A stretch of DNA of 36,289 nucleotides from Methanobacteriota archaeon (GTDB lineage Archaea > Hydrothermarchaeota > Hydrothermarchaeia > Hydrothermarchaeales > JACRDW01). The stretch lies in the NCBI GenBank assembly GCA_043820925.1, contig JBDRDL010000021.1, positions 1 through 36,289 of the forward strand. The letters run 5' to 3'. The notes beneath the pieces were generated by a model, which saw only the letters and a list, made by a program, of their open reading frames with translations, was not told where the DNA came from and ran no database searches. This document shows positions 1 through 7,819 of the stretch, piece after piece. The first letter of the stretch is position 1; each line of letters starts with the position of its first letter. Both the position numbers and the translations under genes were made by a program.

Positions 1-143
1 TCTAGTATTTTCTCATATCTTGCAACCGCATCTAGAGCTTTTTCTTTCTTTCTGGAGCCGATGATTATCTCGTGGTTGGAAGCCCATCTCAATGCAAGCC
101 CTTCTCCTATGTCGCCTGTGCCGCCGAGAAGTGCGATTTTCAT
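1..143 (-). CDS. npdG: NADPH-dependent F420 reductase (F420H2:NADP+ oxidoreductase), 5' part; runs off window start
   Basis: Not in ORF track. Hand translation from ATG at 143: MKIALLGGTGDIGEGLALRWASNHEIIIGSRKKEKA, i.e. Rossmann GGTGxxG plus LALRW/IIIGSR typical of NpdG/Fno. GGTG SD-like motif upstream; 10 bp after gdh stop. Confidence 0.85.
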   Translation of the reverse strand, partial: MKIALLGGTGDIGEGLALRWASNHEIIIGSRKKEKALDAVARYEKIL

Positions 144-153
144 TGCCTGCACC

Positions 154-1431
154 TTAGTAGCTCACTTCCTCTTCCCTGTATGCAGGTACCCATCCTCTGA
201 GCCTCACTGCCTCTGCAACTCTGCTCACCGCAACGATATAGGCAGCGGTGCGCATGTCAACTTTGTTGTCCAGCGAGGTTTTCAGCACGTCGTTGAACGC
301 TTTTGTCATTTTCTTGTCCAGCCTCTCGTACACCAGCTCTGCGTCCCAGTAGTACATGTAGAAGTTCTGCACCTGCTCGAAATAGGATACTGTTACGCCG
401 CCTGCATTGCAGAGAAAATCAGGTATTACGAAAACGCTGTTCTTGTAGAGTATTTCATCAGCCTCGGGCGTAGTGGGACCATTCGCAGCCTCGGCAATGA
501 TTTTTGCTTTTATGTTTTTTGCGTTCTTGCCTGTTATTACATTCTCCAGCGCAGAGGGCATTAGTATATCAACGTCTAACTCAAGCAGCTCTTCGTTTGA
601 AACCTCTTTTGTGCCTGGAAATCCTACAACTGAGCCTGTTTTCTGCTTGTGTGCGAGGACTTTATGCGGGTCGAGACCTTTCTCGGTGTAGATTCCTCCC
701 TTCGAATCGCTTACTGCCACAACCTTTGCTCCCAAGAGCTCTTTTGAAAGAATTGCGCCAAATGAACCTGCGTTTCCATAGCCTTGAACAGATACGGCTG
801 CCCTTTTCGGATTAATCTTCAAATACTTGCAGACTTCCCTCATAGTATAAATAACTCCTCTTGCAGTTGCGTCTCCTCTTCCGGCAGAGCCTCCCAGGGC
901 AATAGGCTTCCCGGTTATCACGCCCGGAGCATTGTAGCCGACTCTCTTGCTGTACTCGTCCATCATCCAGGTCATTATCTGCGGGTCTGTGTAAACGTCG
1001 GGGGCAGGGACGTCTTTTTTTGGTCCGATGAACTGCCAAATTTTGGCTATATACTCTCTGCTCAGCCTCTCCAATTCCCTTGCGCTCATCTTTTTTGGAT
1101 TGCAAATGATGCCTCCCTTTGCACCACCAAGAGGCAGGTCCACTACCGCCGTCTTCCAGGTCATCCAGGCTGCGAGCGCTCTTACAGTGTCGATTGTTTC
1201 GTCAGGATGGTAGCGAATCCCGCCCTTGCAGGGACCTCTGGCATCGTTGTACTGCACCCTGAAGCCCTTGAATACTTTCACTCTGCCATCGTCCATAACA
1301 ATTGGTATGGAAACATGCATCTCTCTCATCGGCTCTCTCAATACTGCGTGCACATTTGGATCGAGTTTCATTATTTTAGCAGCTTTGTCCAGCTGCGCCT
1401 GTGCAATTTTAAACGAATTTTCTCCTGCCAT
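154..1431 (-). CDS. gdhA: Glu/Leu/Phe/Val family glutamate dehydrogenase
   Basis: [50 protein letters not shown] motifs; GGAGG SD upstream. Confidence 0.96.
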   Translation of the reverse strand: MAGENSFKIAQAQLDKAAKIMKLDPNVHAVLREPMREMHVSIPIVMDDGRVKVFKGFRVQYNDARGPCKGGIRYHPDETIDTVRALAAWMTWKTAVVDLPLGGAKGGIICNPKKMSARELERLSREYIAKIWQFIGPKKDVPAPDVYTDPQIMTWMMDEYSKRVGYNAPGVITGKPIALGGSAGRGDATARGVIYTMREVCKYLKINPKRAAVSVQGYGNAGSFGAILSKELLGAKVVAVSDSKGGIYTEKGLDPHKVLAHKQKTGSVVGFPGTKEVSNEELLELDVDILMPSALENVITGKNAKNIKAKIIAEAANGPTTPEADEILYKNSVFVIPDFLCNAGGVTVSYFEQVQNFYMYYWDAELVYERLDKKMTKAFNDVLKTSLDNKVDMRTAAYIVAVSRVAEAVRLRGWVPAYREEEVSY

Positions 1432-1453
1432 GAAATTTCCTCCTTTATTTGTA

Positions 1454-1475
1454 AGTAGGAAATTGATTTCCTACT
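1454..1475. promoter_or_regulatory. Palindromic operator (GGAA-N6-TTCC core) directly downstream of the gdhA TATA box
   Basis: AGTAGGAAAT-tg-ATTTCCTACT, perfect 10-bp inverted repeat; minus-strand TTATATA at 1475-1481. Core equals the methanogen NrpR operator. Confidence 0.8.
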
Positions 1476-1484
1476 ATATAAGAT

Positions 1485-2027
1485 TTACTTCAGCACCCTC
1501 ACCCTGAGCTTTGTGAAATCTTCTCTGACTTCTGCCTTATAGCCGAGTCCTGTGAGCACATCTTCTAAAAATGTCCTTACAAATTTCTTGCTTATGTTCG
1601 AGCCCAGCACCAGGGTAAACTCGCTCTCGGAACTTTTGCTTATCTTGAAAAAGTTGCACGCCTCTAAGCGCTCCAGCAGATTCTCAACCGATTTAATTTT
1701 CTGGGAAAGCTGCTCTCCGTGAGACTTTGCAACTAATCTACACTCCTCCCAGAACTTTTCGCTCTCTGGAGAAGTTTCAATAAATTTTAAAAAAAGCAGC
1801 CAGTGGTCAACGTCAAGTATTATGTGCTCGCCCTCTGAGAGCATCTCAACGTAGGTGTTGATTTTTTTGCCGCCTTGCGTGCCGAGCATGCCCTTGTATT
1901 GGGAATAAAACTGCAGGGCACGCCTGACTAAGCCGCTCTGAGATAGTTTGTCCTCTGCCCTAAGCTTCCCAAGCAATTTGTTCGTTTCTTCGTCGAGGGC
2001 TATGGTAATCCGAGTAGGTGCCTTCAT
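1485..2027 (-). CDS. CopG-type ribbon-helix-helix regulator with C-terminal putative sensor domain (paralog 1, 180 aa)
   Basis: RITIALDEE..LSQSGLVRRAL RHH pattern; EHIILDVDHW domain; ATG at 2027 aligns with the paralog start (track start 2048 is TTG). Confidence 0.8.
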   Translation of the reverse strand: MKAPTRITIALDEETNKLLGKLRAEDKLSQSGLVRRALQFYSQYKGMLGTQGGKKINTYVEMLSEGEHIILDVDHWLLFLKFIETSPESEKFWEECRLVAKSHGEQLSQKIKSVENLLERLEACNFFKISKSSESEFTLVLGSNISKKFVRTFLEDVLTGLGYKAEVREDFTKLRVRVLK

Positions 2028-2081
2028 GTTGTGAAGTTTTATTTTCAAGTATTTAATTTTATGTTTAGATGCGATATGAGA

Positions 2082-2624
2082 TTATTGCAATACCCTCAAT
2101 CTCAATTTAGCGAAGTCCTCTTTTATCTCGACCTTGTAACCCATTCCAGAAAGCACGTCCTGCACCAAAGTTTTAACAAATTTTTTACTAACGTCAGAAT
2201 TCAAAACAAGCACAAACTCGTTCTCAGAGCTCTCGCCAAGCTTATAAAAGTTGCACGCCTCTATGCGCTCAAGAAATTCTCTCACGGACTTAATTTTCTG
2301 GGAAAGCTGGTCTGCATGCGACCGAGCAACTGCTTTACAGGCTTCCCAGAAGTTCTTCCTCTTCGGCGAGGTCTCTATATATTTCAGAAAAAGCAGCCAG
2401 TGGTCTACGTCAAGTATTATGTGCTCGCCCTCTGAGAGCATCTCAACGTAGGTGTTGATTTTTTTGCTGCCGTGAATGCTTATTAAGTCTTTATATTTGG
2501 AATAAAACCACAGCGCATTGCGTAACAGCTCGCTCTGAGAGAGCCTGGTATCTGCCTTTAACTTTTCAAACAGCTCGCTCGTATCTTTATTTAGAGCGAT
2601 AGTAACTCTTGAGAGATTTGACAT
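2082..2624 (-). CDS. CopG-type ribbon-helix-helix regulator (paralog 2, 180 aa)
   Basis: RVTIALNKD..LSQSELLRNAL; colinear and same length as 1485-2027. Confidence 0.8.
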   Translation of the reverse strand: MSNLSRVTIALNKDTSELFEKLKADTRLSQSELLRNALWFYSKYKDLISIHGSKKINTYVEMLSEGEHIILDVDHWLLFLKYIETSPKRKNFWEACKAVARSHADQLSQKIKSVREFLERIEACNFYKLGESSENEFVLVLNSDVSKKFVKTLVQDVLSGMGYKVEIKEDFAKLRLRVLQ

Positions 2625-2648
2625 CTTGCAAAACCGCCTGCAGGACAG

Positions 2649-2867
2649 CTATTCGTATATGTGGGTGATGTCTTCGTCGTATTCAAATTTTCTTTTTGGC
2701 ACTTCGTCGCAAACTTTCTGCACAGCGTCTTCAAAATCTGCGGCAGAGCGATAGAGTCTGTCTGGCAGCTTTTCGACTATATCCCTTAGATATGATATCT
2801 CCGTGATAAGCTCTTCCTTGCTCTTCGGGAAATTCTCTTCTTTAAGGGCCGGCAAACTGAGACTCAT
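2649..2867 (-). CDS. Small DUF2795-like protein
   Basis: FPKSKEELI...VEKLPDRLYRSAADFEDAV resembles the DUF2795 pattern; AGGGGG SD upstream; first gene of the leftward unit. Confidence 0.6.
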   Translation of the reverse strand: MSLSLPALKEENFPKSKEELITEISYLRDIVEKLPDRLYRSAADFEDAVQKVCDEVPKRKFEYDEDITHIYE

Positions 2868-2885
2868 TTCAATTCCCCCTTATAA

Positions 2886-2903
2886 TAGGAAGTATATTTC
2901 CTA
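2886..2903. promoter_or_regulatory. Palindromic operator TAGGAA-gtatat-TTCCTA
   Basis: GGAA-N6-TTCC core just downstream of the minus-strand TATA (TTTATATC, 2909-2916). Confidence 0.75.
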
Positions 2904-2919
2904 CTATCGATATAAACGT

Positions 2920-2947
2920 ATTTATGAAAATTTCATAAATTTTATGA
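2920..2947. promoter_or_regulatory. Second operator type: overlapping TTTATGA/TCATAAA palindromes between the divergent TATA boxes
   Basis: ATTTATGAAA-a-TTTCATAAAT (2920-2940, perfect 10-bp IR) overlapping TCATAAA-t-TTTATGA (2933-2947). Confidence 0.6.
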
Positions 2948-2963
2948 GTTGGTCTTAAACAGC

Positions 2964-2973
2964 TTTTTATATG
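2964..2973 (+). promoter_or_regulatory. TATA box of the glnA-glutamate synthase operon
   Basis: TTTTTATATG preceded by AAACAG (BRE-like), about 60 bp before glnA ATG. Confidence 0.55.
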
Positions 2974-3003
2974 CGTCGGTATTTCTTTCTTTCAGGTTAA
3001 AAG

Positions 3004-3022
3004 GTAGGAAATTATTTCCTAC
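3004..3022. promoter_or_regulatory. Palindromic operator (GGAA-N5-TTCC variant) abutting the glnA Shine-Dalgarno
   Basis: GTAGGAAAT-t-ATTTCCTAC perfect 9-bp IR; AGGTGA SD at 3024-3029. Confidence 0.8.
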
Positions 3023-3033
3023 TAGGTGAGAAC

Positions 3034-4368
3034 ATGGGAAAAAGTAAAAATTTGGAAGCTGTAAAAAAGGAAAATGTAAAATTCGTACATCTTCATTTTA
3101 TAGATATAACCGGGGCGCTGAAAAGTACTGCGATTCCTGCAGAGCATCTCGAAGATGTGCTGGAAAGCGGCAGGGGATTTGACGGCTCTTCTATACTTGG
3201 CTACACCCCGATACACGAATCTGACATGCTATTAATGCCAGACCCGAGCACTTTTGCGATTATACCATGGTCCTCTGAAAAAAGTGCCCGAATAATCTGT
3301 GATATTTATTTACCGGGAGGCAAGCGCTTTGAGGGGGATCCAAGATACGTAGCTCAAAGGGCTGCAGAAAAAGCAAGGGAAATGGGCTATATCTACAACT
3401 GCGGTCCTGAGCTGGAGTTCTTCGTATTTCGAAAAGAGTCAGAAAATGCCACACCGCTTATGATGGACCACGGAGGTTACTTCGATTTCCATCCTCTTGA
3501 CCTAGCTGAAGATGTTCGAAAGGAAATGATACTCGTCCTCGAAAGCTTAGGTCTAACCGTAGAAATGAGCCATCATGAAGTTGCGCCTTCGCAGTACGAG
3601 GTTGACTTCAAATTTGGAGACCTCGTAACGACTGCGGACAGGGTTATTACCTACAAGATGGTAGCAAAAACCATAGCACACCTCCACGGATATATCGCAA
3701 CCTTCATGCCGAAGCCGCTGTTCGGAGAAAACGGCTCGGGGATGCACACGCATCAGAGCCTCTGGAAAATAAAAAAGAACAGAAATGTATTTTTTGACCC
3801 TTCTATGAAGAGAAGTGATGCGCTGAGCGAAGAAGCTCTTTATTTCATAGGCGGACTGTTGTACCATGCCAAGGCGTTAGCAGCGGTTGTGGCGCCTACT
3901 GTGAATTCTTATAAGCGCTTGGTGCCAGGATATGAGGCACCTGTTTACATTTCCTGGGCACATAAAAATCGCTCTGCGCTCATAAGAGTGCCTGAGTACT
4001 ACCCGGGTATGGAAAAAGCTATGAGAGCCGAGTTTCGCTGCCCTGACCCGGCAAGCAATCCTTATCTCGCCTTTGCATGTATGTGCGCCGCAGGCTTAGA
4101 CGGCATCGAGAAAAAAATCCTGCCCCCTGAGCCAATTGAGGCTGACATCTATGAGATGAACGCAAAGGAAAGGGAAGAAAAGGGAATAGACTCGCTGCCC
4201 GGCACTCTGATGGAGGCTCTGAACGAGCTGAGAAAAGACGAAGTTTTGAAAGAAGCGCTCGGCAGGCACGTTTACGAGAACTTCATGAAAGTAAAACTCA
4301 AAGAGTGGGACGAATTCAGAATCCACGTAACTGAGTGGGAGATTGAAAAATACATGAAGTATTGTTAA
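3034..4368 (+). CDS. glnA: Glutamine synthetase type I (copy 1)
   Basis: FDGSSI, GPELEFF, HHEVA, FMPKP, NGSGMH, SYKRLVPGYEAP, NRSALIRVP, EFRCPD..NPYL. Confidence 0.96.
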   Translation: MGKSKNLEAVKKENVKFVHLHFIDITGALKSTAIPAEHLEDVLESGRGFDGSSILGYTPIHESDMLLMPDPSTFAIIPWSSEKSARIICDIYLPGGKRFEGDPRYVAQRAAEKAREMGYIYNCGPELEFFVFRKESENATPLMMDHGGYFDFHPLDLAEDVRKEMILVLESLGLTVEMSHHEVAPSQYEVDFKFGDLVTTADRVITYKMVAKTIAHLHGYIATFMPKPLFGENGSGMHTHQSLWKIKKNRNVFFDPSMKRSDALSEEALYFIGGLLYHAKALAAVVAPTVNSYKRLVPGYEAPVYISWAHKNRSALIRVPEYYPGMEKAMRAEFRCPDPASNPYLAFACMCAAGLDGIEKKILPPEPIEADIYEMNAKEREEKGIDSLPGTLMEALNELRKDEVLKEALGRHVYENFMKVKLKEWDEFRIHVTEWEIEKYMKYC

Positions 4369-4370
4369 TG

Positions 4371-4415
4371 GTCAAGAGCGAGTGAGCGAGGAGTGTAACG
4401 ACGAGCGAACGAGGG
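4371..4415. repeat. REP-like micro-insertion (GAGCGA x3) between glnA and the GATase gene
   Basis: GAGCGAGTGAGCGAGGAGTGTAACGACGAGCGAACGAG; flanked by imperfect direct repeat ATTGTTAATG (4361-4370) / ATTGAAAATG (4416-4425), 8/10. Confidence 0.45.
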
Positions 4416-4422
4416 ATTGAAA

Positions 4423-5469
4423 ATGTGCGGTATAGCAGGAATGCTCAACAGAAGAGGCAAGAGAATCTCCGGCAAAGAGATAGTAGCAATGGCAAACGCC
4501 ATGGAAGAGCGCTACGACGGCAGGGGCGGCGGCTTCGCAGCCTATGGCATATACCCGAAGTATAAGGACCAATTTGCACTGCACGTCTTTCTGAACAGTG
4601 AAGAGGCAAGAGAAAGAACAGAAGAATATCTAAAAGAAAAAGTTGAAATAAAAAAAGACGAAGAGGTTCCTACAAGGAATATTAAAGAAATTCCAAGGCA
4701 GCATATTACCTGGCGCTACTTTGTTGATGTACCTGAGAAATTCAAAACACAAGAAGAAGATTATGTCGTTGGTGCTGTGATGCAAATAAACGACTGCGTA
4801 GAAGGCGCCTATGTTGCATCAAGCGGAAAGAATATGGGGGTGTTTAAAGCAACCGGCTTGCCCTGCGATGTTGCAAGGCTTTTCAAGATAGAAGATTACA
4901 AGGCTTACTGCTGGATATCGCACGGGCGCTTCCCGACGAATACACCGGGCTGGTGGGGCGGAGCTCATCCATTCAACATCCTGGACTGGAGCGTCGTCCA
5001 CAACGGAGAGATAAGCTCGTACGGCACCAACCGCCGCTACTTAGAGGCGCACGGCTACAAGTGCAGCCTGCTGACTGATACAGAGGTAGTCGCCTACCTT
5101 TTTGACCTTCTTGTGAGAAAGCAGTGTTTATCTATTGCAACAACCGCCATTGCGCTGACGCCTCCCTTCTGGAAGCACATAGATAGAATGCCAGAAGAGA
5201 AGAGAAAGATTTACACGGCACTCAGAATGACCTATGCCCCTGCAATGCTGAATGGACCTTTCGGAATAATCGTCGCAAACAAAAATACGATGATAGGATT
5301 GAACGACAGGATTAAACTTCGTCCTCTAATCGCAGCAGAAAATGGAGATTTCGCATACATAGCAAGTGAAGAAGCTGCGATAAGAGAAGTCTGCCCACAG
5401 CCTGAGAAGCTCTGGGCTCCGAGAGCCGGCTCGCCAGTAATTGCAGGGCTCGACGAGGAAGTGATATAA
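4423..5469 (+). CDS. Glutamate synthase, stand-alone class II glutamine amidotransferase subunit
   Basis: Starts MCGIAG (Ntn Cys2) at ATG 4423; HGRFPTNT, HPF, HNGEI, TDTE, DRIKLRP motifs. Confidence 0.92.
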   Translation: MCGIAGMLNRRGKRISGKEIVAMANAMEERYDGRGGGFAAYGIYPKYKDQFALHVFLNSEEARERTEEYLKEKVEIKKDEEVPTRNIKEIPRQHITWRYFVDVPEKFKTQEEDYVVGAVMQINDCVEGAYVASSGKNMGVFKATGLPCDVARLFKIEDYKAYCWISHGRFPTNTPGWWGGAHPFNILDWSVVHNGEISSYGTNRRYLEAHGYKCSLLTDTEVVAYLFDLLVRKQCLSIATTAIALTPPFWKHIDRMPEEKRKIYTALRMTYAPAMLNGPFGIIVANKNTMIGLNDRIKLRPLIAAENGDFAYIASEEAAIREVCPQPEKLWAPRAGSPVIAGLDEEVI

Positions 5470-6962
5470 TGAAATTTCCTCCGGAATTCAAAGTTGTAAG
5501 AGATTTCGAGAAGTGCACGAAGTGCAAGCGATGCGTCATCGAATGCACCTTCGATGTGCATAGCTACGACAAAAAAAACGATAGAATGGCAGCAAACGAC
5601 GAGAACTGCGTAGCCTGCCAGCGCTGTGTTTTTACCTGCCAGACTAAAGCGCTGATAATTGAGAGGCGTCCACCTTGCTTCAGCGACCATCCAACCTGGA
5701 CAGAGTGGATAAGAAGGGACATAATGACCCAAGCGCAAACCGGAAGTGTTATCCTTGCGAGCATGGGAAACGAGAAGCCATACCAATCGCTTTTTGATAA
5801 CATTGTCATCGATGCCTGTCAAGTAACGAATCCTGCGATAGACCCGCTCAGAGAGCCTATGGAGCTGCGCACTTACTTGGGAAGAAAGCCTGAGAAGATT
5901 GAAATCGAAAACAATAAGCTGAAAACTGAAATTGCTCCTAACTTGAAGCTCGAAACTCCTATAATGATTGCGCACATGAGTTACGGAGCGGTGAGTCTTG
6001 AAACGCACAAGGCACTTGCCCTGGCAGCGAGGGAGCAGGGTACCATGATGGGGTCTGGGGAAGGCGGCTTGCACAAGGAGCTATATCCATTTGCAGACCA
6101 CATAATTGTTCAAGTGGCAAGTGGAAGATTTGGGGTGCATGAAAAATATCTTAAAGCAGCTGCTGCGATGGAAATTAAAATTGGTCAGGGTGCAAAACCC
6201 GGCATAGGGGGGCACCTACCTGGACCAAAGATAACTGAGCCTATTTCTGAGACGAGAATGATTCCTGTCGGCACAGATGCTCTTTCTCCTGCTCCACACC
6301 ACGATATTTATTCTATAGAAGACCTCTCAAGATTGATTTATGCTCTCAAAGAAGCTACAAGATACAAAAAGCCTGTATTCGTTAAAATTGCGGCGGTGAA
6401 CAACTCTGCTCCAATAGCAACCGGAATAATACGTGCCGGTGCGGATGCTGTGGTGTTAGATGGCTTCAGGGCTGGAACAGGAGCTGCGCCCCAAGTAATA
6501 AGAGACAACCTCGGAATACCAATCGAAGCTGCGATAGCTGCGGTGGACCAGAGATTAAGAGAGGAAGGCATCCGCCACTGGGGAAGCATAATAGCAAGCG
6601 GCAGTATAAGAACAAGCGCAGATGTTGCAAAAGCTATCGCTCTTGGCGCAGATGCAGTTTACATCGGCACCGCTGCGCTCATCGCCCTAGGCTGCACAGT
6701 CTGCAAGCGCTGCTACACTGGAAAGTGCGCCTGGGGAATCGCAACTCAGGTCCCAAAATTAAGAAAGAGGCTTGACCCGGAGAAGGGTGCAAAAGCTGTC
6801 TTGAACTTGATCCAGGCTTGGAACCATGAGCTGAAAGAAATCTTGGGTGCGCTTGGAATAAACTCTGTGGAAAGCCTGAGAGGAAACAGAGAGAGGCTGA
6901 GAGGAGTTGGACTGACTCAAACAGATTTAGACGTGCTTGGAATTCTGCCGGCAGGGAAGTAG
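5469..6962 (+). CDS. gltB: Glutamate synthase FMN-binding subunit with N-terminal 2x[4Fe-4S] ferredoxin
   Basis: Two CxxCxxCxxxC motifs; MSYGA, GEGG, QVASGRFGV, EIKIGQGAKPGIGGHLPG, SPAPHHDIYSIEDL, C-terminal Cys cluster; TAATG coupling to upstream gene. Confidence 0.95.
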   Translation: MKFPPEFKVVRDFEKCTKCKRCVIECTFDVHSYDKKNDRMAANDENCVACQRCVFTCQTKALIIERRPPCFSDHPTWTEWIRRDIMTQAQTGSVILASMGNEKPYQSLFDNIVIDACQVTNPAIDPLREPMELRTYLGRKPEKIEIENNKLKTEIAPNLKLETPIMIAHMSYGAVSLETHKALALAAREQGTMMGSGEGGLHKELYPFADHIIVQVASGRFGVHEKYLKAAAAMEIKIGQGAKPGIGGHLPGPKITEPISETRMIPVGTDALSPAPHHDIYSIEDLSRLIYALKEATRYKKPVFVKIAAVNNSAPIATGIIRAGADAVVLDGFRAGTGAAPQVIRDNLGIPIEAAIAAVDQRLREEGIRHWGSIIASGSIRTSADVAKAIALGADAVYIGTAALIALGCTVCKRCYTGKCAWGIATQVPKLRKRLDPEKGAKAVLNLIQAWNHELKEILGALGINSVESLRGNRERLRGVGLTQTDLDVLGILPAGK

Positions 6963-6963
6963 C

Positions 6964-7695
6964 ATGATTATAGATGCAAAGGGCTTGCGCTACAAGGCAT
7001 TGAACAAACTGATAGAAGATGCCATAAATAACGGTACAAAAAAAATTAAGATAAGAAACGTAAACGGGCAGCGGTACATCGGTAATGGAATTGAAGGGAA
7101 CGTCGAAATAGAAATCTACGGCACTCCGGGCGACGATTTGGGCTCTTTCATGGACGGTCCTACCATCACTGTTTACAACAGCGCCCAAGACGGCATCGGA
7201 AACACGATGAACTCTGGGAAAATAATCGTGCACGGCGACGCTAGAGACATTGTGGGTCACTCAATGCGCGGCGGCAAAATCTTCGTCAATGGCGATGTTG
7301 GCTATCGGGTCGGAATCCACATGAAAGAGTACAAGGAAAATTTTCCAGTAATAATCGCTACAGGCAGCGCTGGAGATTTTCTCGGAGAATACATGGCAGG
7401 GGGAAGAATAATTATCCTTGGAATGAAAGGTAGCAGTTCAGAAATCGTCGGAGACTGGATTGCAACTGGAATACACGGCGGTGCAATATATATAAGAGGA
7501 AGAGTAGAAAAGCACAAACTTGGTACAGGGGCAAAAATTGTAGAATTTACCGAGAAAGATAAAAATTACCTGAAAGAGCTGTTGAAAGAATTTTGCGATA
7601 TCTTTGGCTATGACCTTGAAGAAATCCTAAATGCAGAGTTCACGAAGATAGCTCCAATAACGCACCGACCTTTCGGAGCGATGTACACGCAATAG
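6964..7695 (+). CDS. Glutamate synthase GXGXG (beta-helix) subunit
   Basis: Repeating GxxMxGGxIxVxG units (GNTMNSGKIIVHGD, GEYMAGGRIII); ATG at 6964 just after the upstream stop. Confidence 0.92.
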   Translation: MIIDAKGLRYKALNKLIEDAINNGTKKIKIRNVNGQRYIGNGIEGNVEIEIYGTPGDDLGSFMDGPTITVYNSAQDGIGNTMNSGKIIVHGDARDIVGHSMRGGKIFVNGDVGYRVGIHMKEYKENFPVIIATGSAGDFLGEYMAGGRIIILGMKGSSSEIVGDWIATGIHGGAIYIRGRVEKHKLGTGAKIVEFTEKDKNYLKELLKEFCDIFGYDLEEILNAEFTKIAPITHRPFGAMYTQ

Positions 7696-7785
7696 CGAAG
7701 CTAGTGCGTTAGACCTGCGCTCTTTCGCAAGAAAGATGGTAAGCCCGCCAGCTTCCTTACGGAAATCTTGCTCACGCAATAGCGA
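7686..7785. mobile_element. 74-bp hairpin-rich insertion (7699-7772) flanked by a perfect 13-bp direct repeat
   Basis: CACGCAATAGCGA at 7686-7698 and 7773-7785; internal hairpins TCTTTC-GCAA-GAAAGA (7721-7736) and TTCC-TTAC-GGAA; 7699-7714 matches the reverse complement of 9164-9179 (15/16). Confidence 0.65.
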
Positions 7786-7819
7786 TACATTTATATTTTA
7801 TTCGGACATAGCAAGCCAC

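Noticed and set aside
61..1458. Plus-strand ORFs of 167 and 224 aa, and similar antisense ORFs elsewhere (5232-6074, 6679-7260, 23495-24100, 34522-35076)
   Set aside because: Shadow frames of well-supported genes on the opposite strand or frame; no recognisable motifs.
4423..7695. N-methylglutamate synthase (mgsABC/gmaS) interpretation
   Set aside because: Same domain set, but the ferredoxin-fused FMN subunit, canonical GSI motifs and adjacent gdhA fit archaeal GS/GOGAT better; kept only as an alternative for glnA2.
7753..7764. TTCC-TTAC-GGAA as a fourth nitrogen operator
   Set aside because: Half-sites are in reversed order with a 4-bp spacer; better explained as a hairpin of the insertion.
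7736..7819. N-terminal extension of glnA2 in the ORF track
   Set aside because: It runs through the hairpin insert and TATA box; homology to glnA1 starts at ATG 7820.
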